A DNA stretch of 64,000 nucleotides, from NCBI GenBank assembly GCA_937625935.1, contig OW569374.1, positions 310,001-374,000 on the forward strand. The letters are read 5' to 3'. The number at the start of each line of letters is the position of its first letter. Position 1 is the stretch's first letter. A model generated the notes under the pieces. It had not been told where the DNA came from. It worked only from the letters and a program-made list of their open reading frames with translations, and did no database searches. Source of the stretch: Tetramitus jugosus. Lineage: Eukaryota > Protista > Heterolobosea. Of this stretch, positions 54,178 through 63,985 are shown in pieces. The position numbers and the translations under genes were made by a program.

Positions 54178-57100
54178 TTACACTTCTGTGTACCAATAGG
54201 CGTTGGGGAGAGAATATTGATTTCCACCAGAAGAAACCACAACTGTGGCGCGTAGTCCCTTGATAGTTGTGCTTGGAATCGTGCATCTTACTTTTGTGCT
54301 CGATACAACATACAAATTAACACACGGTTTTCCATCAACGCTAACTGTTGTATCAGCTGAGAAACCATACCCACGCACACTGATCACATTTCCTCCAGCC
54401 ATCAACCCTCGCGATGGGAATACTGATATGATGTATGGTACGTTGTATGGAATCGGTTGTTGAGGTTTCAGGATATTCAACATATTTCCTCCATAATCCG
54501 TGCTGATGATTGATCCATCAAAACCCATTTCTGTACTCAATCCTCCGTATGCTGAATTCAAGTCTGCCAAGAGGCTCGATTTTACAATGTATTGTCCATC
54601 AGTTGACAGAGACACATCGTACAAACCACCTTGGTAGTGGCCAATGATCAAATGTCCACGCATCTGACCCTCAAATGTATTGGCAGTGTATTCAAACAAA
54701 CCATCAACACTGGATGTAAATCTTCCTATTCCTTGAGTATACTCCCCTGGAATACTTGGCGTCGTTGCACTTCGGAATACACATTGTCTAGGATCGTTCA
54801 TAGCTTTGGCTCTCGCTCTATTAGGGGAACCATAATAAGAACCTTGAGTAACAATCACAAGCTCATCCATCGTCGTTTCTCCTTCCTTGTCTGTCGTGCA
54901 ACTCGTTGACATTCGTCCAAATATATTTGCTGGTCCATTATCAGTTGCATAAAGCAGACCGTTTGTATGAAGAACAACACCATACGCATTTTTGAGTCCA
55001 GACGCATACACAGACACATCCAAACCATCAATCTGTACTCCATTTTCACTATCGTTGTTGGTGTATCTGACATTACCCTTAAAATTGGATCCCTTACTTA
55101 TCTTAGCGATGATAATTGAGGCCGATAGTTGCTTCTCTGTTTGAGTTCCAGACGGAGTAAGTGGTCCAGGAATACCACCATTTGTGTTACTGCCCACACT
55201 TACTAAAAGATCCAAGTTTTGGGTGAATTCAAGACCATTCACACCATGATCTCGCTCACTCACTGGAAGTCCCGTGATGAGTTCTTGGACAACATTCATT
55301 GCAGTTCCAGAAACGATCGCGACTCCTCCCTTGGCATCATTTGTAGTATCACTATGAAAGATTATGGAATGAGTGACATATATGAATACATTACCAGTGT
55401 TCGCAAAATCTTTCGGGTTAAAGTTGATTCCGAGGAGTGCTTTTCCAGCGAGAACATTGCTTGTCACGGTTTGAATAACATTCATGGATTCATCAAGTGT
55501 AAATCTGGTCAGAATTCCGACCACAGATCCAACATACAACTTCTCGTCGGGTCCAAATTTAATAACAGTTGGATTCGAGACTGTCACGAGTCCTCTGCCC
55601 TGGAAAGAAACGACTGAAGAACCACTAGAATAGACAAATTGCTTGATATTACTTGTGGTAGATGGAGTAGTGACAACAACAGCTGCAGAGGTTGCTGAGG
55701 AAGTAGGCACAATGCATTCAATCGTTGATGAATCCTTGACTTGAACACCTGTACAGGCTTTCCCTCCAATTGTTACAGCGGTCCTCGAACTAGAGTAGAA
55801 GAACCCAAAACCGGTGATCGTTATTTTGTAGCCACCTTGCAAACCTCCAGATGCAGGTGAGATGCTATGGATCACCGGTTTGGTAACTTGTTGATCAAAG
55901 GAGAAGGCAGAGGCTGGTATAGGTACAGTAGAGGCCGATCCAGGTAGTTTCCAGTATAATTTGACTCCCTTATCTCCAGTTCCTTGGAAGTAACGAACTC
56001 GGAAAGAAATTTGTCCCTGAGGTAAGTAAGTAGTAGCACTGACTGTCGTCATTGCAAGAGCTCCATCGTTGTCGATGAGTGTTACTCCATTGATTATTAA
56101 CCTGGAACCATCATCACTCTCCAAACTAAAGCCATAGGTTCCAGAAGATGGAGCATTAATGAATCCCTTGAACTCCATCGCAAAGTTATTCACGTAGTTC
56201 GTGCCAGGGAAGGTCGTTTGATAATTAATTCCAGATTTTTCAATAAAACCATAATCAGGCTTCGCACTATCGACATCCGGAATCTTAGTCAATAATGTAG
56301 AATATTGGTAATAGTAAGTTTCTACTCCGATGACTACAGGAGGTAACACAGTGATAGTAATGATAGCAATATCGGCATTCCCTGCAGAGTCAACCACTTT
56401 GAGTCTAATCGGATTGATACCAACAGGAATTTGGGCTGTAATGATCACACTGGTGCCCAATACTGTCGCTCCCAACATCCATTGATAACTCACAAGCGTT
56501 GCTGGTGGTAAAAGATGAGTATGAGAACCCTGTCCGTTCAAAGTGACTGTCACATATCCAACACCTTCAGCATCAGTAATTGAATAGTCGTCTCCTGGAA
56601 CAGAATGAGCAGTATGATCGGCAGGTCTAGTGATTGTAAAATCAACACTGTTACTTGTTGATGAACCTTGTTTAACTGTGACACTGGTCAAGCCGGTGTA
56701 TCCAACGGGAACAACAGTTTGAATCAAAGTAGAGCTCTGAACTGTTGTTTGAACTGCAGCAGTAGTTCCAAAGTAGACTGTACAACCACTTGCAAAGTTA
56801 GTCCCAATAATCTGGATGGACTCTAACGGAAGAGAGGAAGTAGGGTTAATGGATGAAATGGTAGGTGTTGAGCCCGATGGAGGAGGAGGATTACCTCCAA
56901 CAGGACACAATACACCGCTACAACAGTCATACTGTGTTGGCTTGTAGCATGCTTGACCACATGCCAAGTGACCAACCGGGCAAAGGAATCCATTTAAGCA
57001 TATGTACACCTTTGTGTCGAAGCACGAAGCACCACAACAACTTAATGGAGGTGGACAAGTACAGCTCGGTGCTACCAACGGATGGGATGGTGGATCATTT

Positions 57101-57246
57101 AATGCATTTCCAGTGTAAGATCTCGGTCTTAGTCGTATTTCTGGAATTGACAGAACATAGGACAACAGAAGGAGCACTACTGCGAGAACCAAAAACTGTT
57201 TCTTGAACGGTGTGGAGCCATGATGATTATTCAACTTCAGATTCAT
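54178..57246 (-). CDS. Secreted multidomain protein: Cys-rich CBM52-like, IPT/TIG, PKD-like, PA14, IPT/TIG, GSDH-like beta-propeller, IPT/TIG
   Basis: CGASCF...YIC..LCP..LACGQACY..QYDC; PTISSINP, PVIHSISP..GGYKITITG and IISVFP..GGNVISVRG (IPT); YGFSLESDDGSRL (PA14); FGPDEKLYV, GLPVSERDHGVN, YASGLKNAYG, LYATDNG (propeller). Confidence 0.85.
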   Translation of the reverse strand: MNLKLNNHHGSTPFKKQFLVLAVVLLLLSYVLSIPEIRLRPRSYTGNALNDPPSHPLVAPSCTCPPPLSCCGASCFDTKVYICLNGFLCPVGHLACGQACYKPTQYDCCSGVLCPVGGNPPPPSGSTPTISSINPTSSLPLESIQIIGTNFASGCTVYFGTTAAVQTTVQSSTLIQTVVPVGYTGLTSVTVKQGSSTSNSVDFTITRPADHTAHSVPGDDYSITDAEGVGYVTVTLNGQGSHTHLLPPATLVSYQWMLGATVLGTSVIITAQIPVGINPIRLKVVDSAGNADIAIITITVLPPVVIGVETYYYQYSTLLTKIPDVDSAKPDYGFIEKSGINYQTTFPGTNYVNNFAMEFKGFINAPSSGTYGFSLESDDGSRLIINGVTLIDNDGALAMTTVSATTYLPQGQISFRVRYFQGTGDKGVKLYWKLPGSASTVPIPASAFSFDQQVTKPVIHSISPASGGLQGGYKITITGFGFFYSSSRTAVTIGGKACTGVQVKDSSTIECIVPTSSATSAAVVVTTPSTTSNIKQFVYSSGSSVVSFQGRGLVTVSNPTVIKFGPDEKLYVGSVVGILTRFTLDESMNVIQTVTSNVLAGKALLGINFNPKDFANTGNVFIYVTHSIIFHSDTTNDAKGGVAIVSGTAMNVVQELITGLPVSERDHGVNGLEFTQNLDLLVSVGSNTNGGIPGPLTPSGTQTEKQLSASIIIAKISKGSNFKGNVRYTNNDSENGVQIDGLDVSVYASGLKNAYGVVLHTNGLLYATDNGPANIFGRMSTSCTTDKEGETTMDELVIVTQGSYYGSPNRARAKAMNDPRQCVFRSATTPSIPGEYTQGIGRFTSSVDGLFEYTANTFEGQMRGHLIIGHYQGGLYDVSLSTDGQYIVKSSLLADLNSAYGGLSTEMGFDGSIISTDYGGNMLNILKPQQPIPYNVPYIISVFPSRGLMAGGNVISVRGYGFSADTTVSVDGKPCVNLYVVSSTKVRCTIPSTTIKGLRATVVVSSGGNQYSLPNAYWYTEV

Positions 57247-58192
57247 GTTTTTGTTAGTTTGGTCGTTGGGTTGAATCTCCTTTTCAAATAACGCGTTGAA
57301 TTTCGTTCATCTATCCTAAAACAGAAGATAAAACCCTCTCACGTCCGAGCTGAATCAGCGTCTTCGAGCAAGTGTTGTGTATAAGACAGCTTCGTCACAG
57401 ATGTTTTTCGATTATTACAACAAATGATGTTCCGACATCTGTGCATCAGGATAACTTATCGGGTCCTGGTCAAGGGAATCGATTCCCTAAAATCATTTCT
57501 CGAGATACTGACGTTTATGGGAACAATCTGTCAATTTGTAACACCGTCATGGAAATAATTGCCATTTTTATATCTTCATCTAGTGTTAATTATTGATCAT
57601 CGTTTGAAGGAGTCAAATTGGATGCAGCCGAAAACTGATTCGATCTTTGTTCAAACTTCGATTTCTCTTTGTATCGAAGAGTATTTGGTAATGGTTTGGG
57701 AGTATTCTCCTGGAGGCAATTTCAGCACAAAACACAAAATATCATCTCTTTCTTTCAGCTGGTGAACAGTCTCGTGATTGAAAGTACAAGAAACAGAATG
57801 GTCAATTGTCTGATCTGAGTAGTATGATGGGAGGACTTGGACAATAACCGACCAAGGAGTTTTCTGATGTAGTTCAATTGCAAACAATGAACAGTCTCCA
57901 ATACTTTTCACATGGTAGAATTAAACATATTATTTCAAACATTAAACAATCTCCACAATTCTCTCAGCACACCTCCTTGTATCTTATGTCATGAGTTGGG
58001 TTCTTGTGAAGTTCACTAAAATGATCTCACATGTGTCATATCTGTTGTTATTGTCCTCACAATCAATCAAGCTGTCATTCCATTCCTATCTCTCATTAAT
58101 CTTTCCAAATCTCCAGTAGGGTTAACTGATGTGTTTTATTCTGGTTGATTAACTTTTTTATCATTCTGTCACAACTTCGATCTTATTGCTAC

Positions 58193-59389
58193 TTAACTCA
58201 TATATGTTATAAGGCTATGATTGGGATAGTTTGCCACAGCATGCTCAAAAAAGAGCTTAAGACCTCGAAGATGAATAAACACGTATTCCAAGTCTTCATG
58301 ATGAATTTCATGGAATCCCATCAGGAACGGAAATCCTTTATCGTACGGTTTCCACATTTGTGCCACCTTTTTCAAATCGACCTTTTGCAATTCTGCTTGA
58401 ATTTCCTTGACTTGTTGCGATGAGAAGACTCTTGCAGCTCCATACGCCATCTCACAAATATCAACTCCTCCATGCATAATAAAGTTCAATGGATAACTAC
58501 CACCTTCCTCTGTTCCTGTTAACAAAAAGTGCAGAGCCGACCATGATCGATCACAATTATAGAAAACACCACGAAGCAACTCCTTGTCTCTCTTGTCTTG
58601 ATCCCTGTACTCAACAACCCAATTGTTGTTGCTCTTTTCGAGTCGAACTCTTTGCTCGCTCACAAAGTGAATCGAGGCCTTGGGCCATCGCTCAATAAAC
58701 GCCTTTTTTGCCAACTGTGTCACATACAGATTCCAGCTCTTGTTGACCTGAGAGAGAGAACACATGGATTGCGCATCTGTCAAATAGCTCATCACCAGAC
58801 CAAAAGTATCCATGTCCAGAACAGACAAATCTCCTGCTCCACCCAACACACTGTTTCGATCCAAGATGAACTCATCTTTCTCTTCTTCCCGTTGTTGTTT
58901 TTGATCTGTTTCCTCCTGTACTTGAATTTCATGATTTTCGTCCTTGTCTTCTCCACCTGTTCTAGGTTGTTTCGCTTCCGACTCACCCAACGGATTCCTC
59001 TTCTTGCTGTTTTGTTGACTCCACTTTTGTCGTTCCTTCTCCACTCTCAACAACAATTTTTGTAATTTTTTATTGTCCTGATCAAATTGAGAATAATCGT
59101 ACGCCTTGTCCACCAAATCATAGTAAGTCACCATCTCATTTTCATCATCTTCATCTTCTTCATGATCTTCATCTTCGTCCTCCTCTTCCAGTAAACTTTG
59201 TTGTTCGAGTGCTTGTTCAGACAGTTCTTCAGGGAACAGAGATACATGGAGAGACGAAGAAAAGTGAGAAAGATGACTGCGAACGTATTGGATGACACTC
59301 TGGGAGATGTCAGTGCCGTTGGCAGCTTGCTCCAAGAATAAAGAAGCTTGATCGTCTGATATTAAAGAGAATACAGTGTCAATGCCCAT
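58193..59389 (-). CDS. F-box protein embedded in a split YfbM/DUF1877-like domain
   Basis: N-terminal MGIDTVFSLISDDQASLFLE and C-terminal CDRSWSALHFLLTGT...PLNFIMHGG...YGAARVFSSQQVKEI...NHSLITYMS resemble YfbM. F-box LSVLDMDTFGLVMSYL..SLSQVNKSW lies between them. Confidence 0.78.
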   Translation of the reverse strand: MGIDTVFSLISDDQASLFLEQAANGTDISQSVIQYVRSHLSHFSSSLHVSLFPEELSEQALEQQSLLEEEDEDEDHEEDEDDENEMVTYYDLVDKAYDYSQFDQDNKKLQKLLLRVEKERQKWSQQNSKKRNPLGESEAKQPRTGGEDKDENHEIQVQEETDQKQQREEEKDEFILDRNSVLGGAGDLSVLDMDTFGLVMSYLTDAQSMCSLSQVNKSWNLYVTQLAKKAFIERWPKASIHFVSEQRVRLEKSNNNWVVEYRDQDKRDKELLRGVFYNCDRSWSALHFLLTGTEEGGSYPLNFIMHGGVDICEMAYGAARVFSSQQVKEIQAELQKVDLKKVAQMWKPYDKGFPFLMGFHEIHHEDLEYVFIHLRGLKLFFEHAVANYPNHSLITYMS

Positions 59390-60206
59390 GGCTTGTGTTT
59401 TGTTTTGTTTGGTTGTTTTCTGGGTCGAGAAAAAAATGGAAGCGGGGAAAAAAACGAAGATTACGAATACAATAAATGCTTACGGATGACAAAGGATGAC
59501 AAAACGAGTTAACACACATTGGAGGAAATGTTCCGTCATCATCACTGCCCAAATCAATCAAACCTTTTTTCGATTGTGACCGAAATTTTTCACATCATTA
59601 TTCCATCATTCCATTATCAAGTTTTGGAGATCTGTCAATTGGAATGAACTTAATGGTTCTCCATAAATTTGGGGTTGAAGAACGACGTGCATGACAAAAC
59701 CACAAGACAAATCACCAAACCTCTCAACAACTATCTGGACCCTTCCGGTTTTAATCCGAGATGTTCTCCACGCTCCAGTTTCTCATCTCAGAATATCATT
59801 TTACATGTAAGTGCCGAACAAGGAGCCTGTAAAAGGAAGCTGATTGTTGTTCAAAAGGCGACCAGCACTGGACAGGTATGGATGATTCCTAACCGGACAT
59901 TGGTGTTTGAAGACCATTGATGAGGTGTCATGTTTCAGTCAATACCATAAAAGGCATTTATCGCGCATCCGACCTCCACAAAGAGGAGTGACACTTTCAA
60001 CAGACACAATACGGCCATCGCGGACATGCACCCAATGGACAACCCTATTCCATATTCGAACATAAAAAGTTGGGATCATGCCCCCTCGACTACTACCCCT
60101 CGCCGCAACCCAGCATTACCTTGTATTTAGTTCCGAAAACACGATAAGCATTTGTAGACAAACACTAACCAAAACCACTTGCAAAAAGAGCTTACAAGAC
60201 ATAAAC

Positions 60207-60819
60207 ATGTACGACTATGAAATCGATGCACATGAGCTACAGAGCCACTTTTTTGTTGATCCTTTCCCTAACACCTGCCAACTGTCAAATGACAACCACC
60301 GCGGTCAAGCTCCGTCGACTCCCTCCAGAAAACAGTTTGATCTCTACGATTCACCATACAAAAAAAGAGGGGCTTGAATTCCTATGCCTAGAACGAGAAC
60401 ACCTCGAAGATGCCAGTGATCAAGAAAGCGATGATGATCAAAAGCTAGACTCCTCTCCCATGAGCTCTCCAGTCACCAAAACCACAGTTCACCAAAACCT
60501 CCATTCTGTAGCCAAAAAAATCAGGTTTTGCGACGATGAGAGTCGTACTACTATTACTAAGAAGCAGCAGCAGAAGCAGCAGCCACAAAAGCTTCCTTCC
60601 TCCCTCAAGGTGCCTTCCTGTTGGTTAAGAGCAGCAGAGAAACATGATGCACAGAGCTCTAAATTGAACATGACAGTATTCATGAATAATGAGCGTCAAG
60701 AGATGACATCATCGATGAACAATCAATGGTCAGAACTAAAACAAGTCGAAAATGAGCTTCATTCAATGCCCTATGCATTGACAGAATTTGAAAGCTTGGC
60801 GCTTTCTGATTCTCTATAA
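60207..60819 (+). CDS. Disordered regulatory-type protein, apparently split across two frames at about 60360-60377
   Basis: ORF1 from aaacATG 60207 (MYDYEID...PSTPSRK..DSPYKKRGA*) overlaps ORF2 (..GLEFLCLERE..KKIRF..LSDSL*). Confidence 0.55.
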
Positions 60820-60879
60820 AAAAAAGTAATCATCTATTCTTCTGTCTTTCTCCATGTGTTGTTCTTGTATGTCTATATA

Positions 60880-62235
60880 TTAGACGATAATGTTGCGAAG
60901 AGAGAATCTTTGACGATCGAATTGACCCAGGAATTTGTCGCTTGCTTGTTCTTCCGTCACGAGCTCAACCAGGAAATCAGCTACAATAGGAGCATTCTTG
61001 AATCCGTGTCCACTGCATGGACTGCCAATAATGATATTGTTGGAACCAGGAAGTTTATCTATCACATACTCATCAGTTGGATGACAAGTGTACATGCATG
61101 TAACAATGTTTCCCTTGTCGTACATCTCATCGTATGTCTCTGGTTCAAGGGAATCAGCAGGGAACAATTTGCTCAGAAAACTCCTCAAAATTTCCACTTT
61201 GCGCTCAGGCACTCTTGGCTCCTTGTTGTGGTCAATGTCCAATGCACGTTGTTTCGGATCGATACCCTTTTCCTCTGCCAAAGCTTCATGAATAGCAACT
61301 TTCACGTATCCCTCCTTTTCAAAACTGCCTCGGAAACCGTAGAATCCCCAATCTAACATGCGATCCTCAATAGATGACACATTGTCATAGGGTGAAGCGC
61401 CCCAATGAATATAGATGGGCAGTTGTTTGAACTCGGATTCAAACTGTTTGTTCACTCTCCAAAAGTAATAGCTCTGTCGTCTTACCTCAAGCTTCAAATC
61501 TATTTGGAAATTCTGCTTGACAAGAGTAGGAATCCAAGCACCACACGTCAACACAAGCTTCTTCGAGGTATAGGATGCCAAACTTGTTGTAATGTTCACT
61601 CTGTTCTTCTCCTTCTCTTCTTCTTCAATATGAACAATGCGTTCATCACTGTGAATATCACACGTCACTCGAGTCGACTGCCTACATAATCGATGAAACA
61701 TGTCAACCGCGCGCTCAGCATCCAAAATACCCGCATTCTCCTCATACACTGCCTTATACGAATCAGGAACACCTCTCAAAGCAGGAAATTTTTCTCTCAA
61801 CTGTGCAGCGCTCAACACTTGATACTCAAATCCAACAATGTTCGCCGCTTCAATCACATGATTCAACTGAACATGATTTGACTCACCAAAGTCCAACCCA
61901 CCTGTCTGATGATACACCTTAGAACATTCTCCACTTCCATCATCACCATCATCAGCTTTCTCTTCTATTTGTTTCCATTGACCTATACTCTCTCGTCCCA
62001 TTCGAGCATACATGGCATCACAGTCAGAGAAACGACAGATTCTTGAGTGACCGTGACTCGATCCCTTGTTGTGCAACAGAGAAAACTGTTCTAGCAGAAG
62101 AATACGAGAGCCCAGAGGTAAATTTTGAGTGAGTTTGTAGGCACAGGCACTTCCATGAACTCCAGCTCCAACTACAATCACATCATAATGATGGTTGTTG
62201 TGGTTAGTATTTGGCTGGTCGTCTGTTGTCGACAT
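60880..62235 (-). CDS. PIPOX: Sarcosine/L-pipecolate oxidase (MSOX/PIPOX family)
   Basis: YDVIVVGAGVHG, GSSHGHSRI, CMYT (covalent FAD Cys), CSGHGFK. ATG 62235. Confidence 0.9.
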   Translation of the reverse strand: MSTTDDQPNTNHNNHHYDVIVVGAGVHGSACAYKLTQNLPLGSRILLLEQFSLLHNKGSSHGHSRICRFSDCDAMYARMGRESIGQWKQIEEKADDGDDGSGECSKVYHQTGGLDFGESNHVQLNHVIEAANIVGFEYQVLSAAQLREKFPALRGVPDSYKAVYEENAGILDAERAVDMFHRLCRQSTRVTCDIHSDERIVHIEEEEKEKNRVNITTSLASYTSKKLVLTCGAWIPTLVKQNFQIDLKLEVRRQSYYFWRVNKQFESEFKQLPIYIHWGASPYDNVSSIEDRMLDWGFYGFRGSFEKEGYVKVAIHEALAEEKGIDPKQRALDIDHNKEPRVPERKVEILRSFLSKLFPADSLEPETYDEMYDKGNIVTCMYTCHPTDEYVIDKLPGSNNIIIGSPCSGHGFKNAPIVADFLVELVTEEQASDKFLGQFDRQRFSLRNIIV

Positions 62236-62852
62236 CTTGACTTTTTTTTTAATTATTGTTTTTTGGCATGATATGATTGTCCGCCTCTGGCGTGAAGAGC
62301 AAAAAACTTTCATCGATTCAACCAGACCAGAGCAACGACAGAGAACTTTGTGTCTTTGGTTGGTCGCTGAAAGTCCATCCATTTGAAGTGTAATAAATTG
62401 CTGGATGTCCTCTCAACGTTGCTCTGAACAACTTATGACAGAAAGTTGTCAAAATAGTTGTTCAACGTTTGTATTGCGAAATTATTATGGATTTGTTGAA
62501 ACTTCAAAAGAAAGAGTTAGTCAGCGCAACGAACTTCAGAGATGCAAAGAACCACACCAATTCATGCGACTTATTTCTTGCCACCGCACTTAAAGTGTTG
62601 ATGAGACAGTGCGGACGAATAGAGCTAAAACAGTTCAACTTCATTTATTGTTGGGTGACTCTCAAGATGTGTCACTCAACAATGAGACAACGCAGTATTC
62701 GCAGTTCAGCTTGTTCAAAACAAGTGTGTGGTTTTGGGGTCAAACGCCTGACATCCGCCACATCAACACAATTAACAGAATGAATCATTGACATATCGAT
62801 GAATCGGTGGACATGTTTTATCAGCTCCACTCGCAACTTTTCATCCATTTCT

Positions 62853-63389
62853 TTAGAACTCATTCCTATACATCTTAGATTCGACTGGCTCTGTTCCTTG
62901 TCCATTGTACTTTGCATTGCTCTTCTTGTTATAAGGTGTCAACAGTGTTGAACTCACAGTGAAATAAATCAATTGACCAATGGGCATGCCAGCATAGACA
63001 CGAACTGGCTTCAGGCATGAAATTTCTAGTGTCCAAGTGCCTTGGAATCCCACGTCACCCTTTCCTGCTGTGGCATGAATAGAGATGCCCAAACGACCCG
63101 TAGAGCTCTTTCCCTCCAAAAACGGAACATGGCTCATCGTTTCCGTGTACTCTTGAGTGACTCCTAGGTAGAGCTCACCTGGTTGAAGAACGAATCCTTC
63201 TTCTGGAATCTCTAAAAATTGGATGGGATTCGATGCTTTTGCATCCAAGGTTTCACAAGTGTAGATGGCCAACTTGGAACCTAAATGAACATCATAAGAG
63301 TTGGAACCGAGATCCGATCGGTTGAATGGTTGGATAACAATGGTGCCCTTGTCCATTTCATTCAGAATATCACCGTCTGTAAGAATCAT
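62853..63389 (-). CDS. dcd: Bacterial-type dCTP deaminase
   Basis: MILTD..I, NSYDVHLG, EGKSSTGRLGI, AGKGDVGF.G.WTLEI, GMPIGQL, KYNGQ: trimeric dUTPase-fold dCTP deaminase motifs. Confidence 0.95.
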   Translation of the reverse strand: MILTDGDILNEMDKGTIVIQPFNRSDLGSNSYDVHLGSKLAIYTCETLDAKASNPIQFLEIPEEGFVLQPGELYLGVTQEYTETMSHVPFLEGKSSTGRLGISIHATAGKGDVGFQGTWTLEISCLKPVRVYAGMPIGQLIYFTVSSTLLTPYNKKSNAKYNGQGTEPVESKMYRNEF

Positions 63390-63486
63390 CTTTTCGAGAG
63401 CCTAGATCTGTGTGATGGTTGCTTGTTGTCTTGCTATGGTTGTTGTTTGAACTCTTAGACTAATAATTGAAATTCAAACGGACAGA

Positions 63487-63499
63487 TTTGGGCGCGAAA
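63487..63499 (-). promoter_or_regulatory. E2F-type site TTTCGCGC(CCAAA) about 100 bp upstream of dcd
   Basis: Minus strand reads CTTTCGCGCCCAAATC, containing the canonical TTTSSCGC. Confidence 0.45.
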
Positions 63500-63985
63500 G
63501 TTTCGGATTAATTTCACAAAGATAAATACACTCTGAGCTTTTCTTCTCTTCCCGAACTCTCACAAGCCATTGTGGCCCAGGCTTTTGATGATAAACAGAG
63601 GTTTTCTGTTGTTCAGATGGTTGTTGGATCGTGAGATTGTAAAACGATTCGCCTCACCAACACAGAATCGAATCCTCAGAATCCTACGAAGTGTCTTGGC
63701 TTCTGACAATAACTTTCTCGCCCTTCAACCAACATTGTTCCCACAGTGAGGAAGCACATTCCACTACTGTAACCACCTCTCAACAGCTTTCATGATTGAC
63801 ATCATTTTCTCCGCATAGTTACGTCAGCAATCTCGATCGTCGTCACACCACCAAGTTAGCTGGCAAGAAACAGAAAACAGCAAATTGGTTCGTTCGTTCA
63901 TTTGGTTCTTCTTCCGAAATAAAACTGGCGCAAGTGCATCAAACACAACAACAACAACCATAACAACAAATAACAACAAACAACC

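Noticed and set aside
60207-60819. Ornithine decarboxylase antizyme
   Set aside because: ORF2 lacks antizyme motifs and the shift site is not UCC-UGA-like; kept only as a generic frameshift candidate.
63586-63706. C/D-box snoRNA (TGATGA at 63586, CTGA at 63703, internal hairpins)
   Set aside because: No terminal stem and no rRNA-complementary guide that I could recognise; such short boxes occur by chance.
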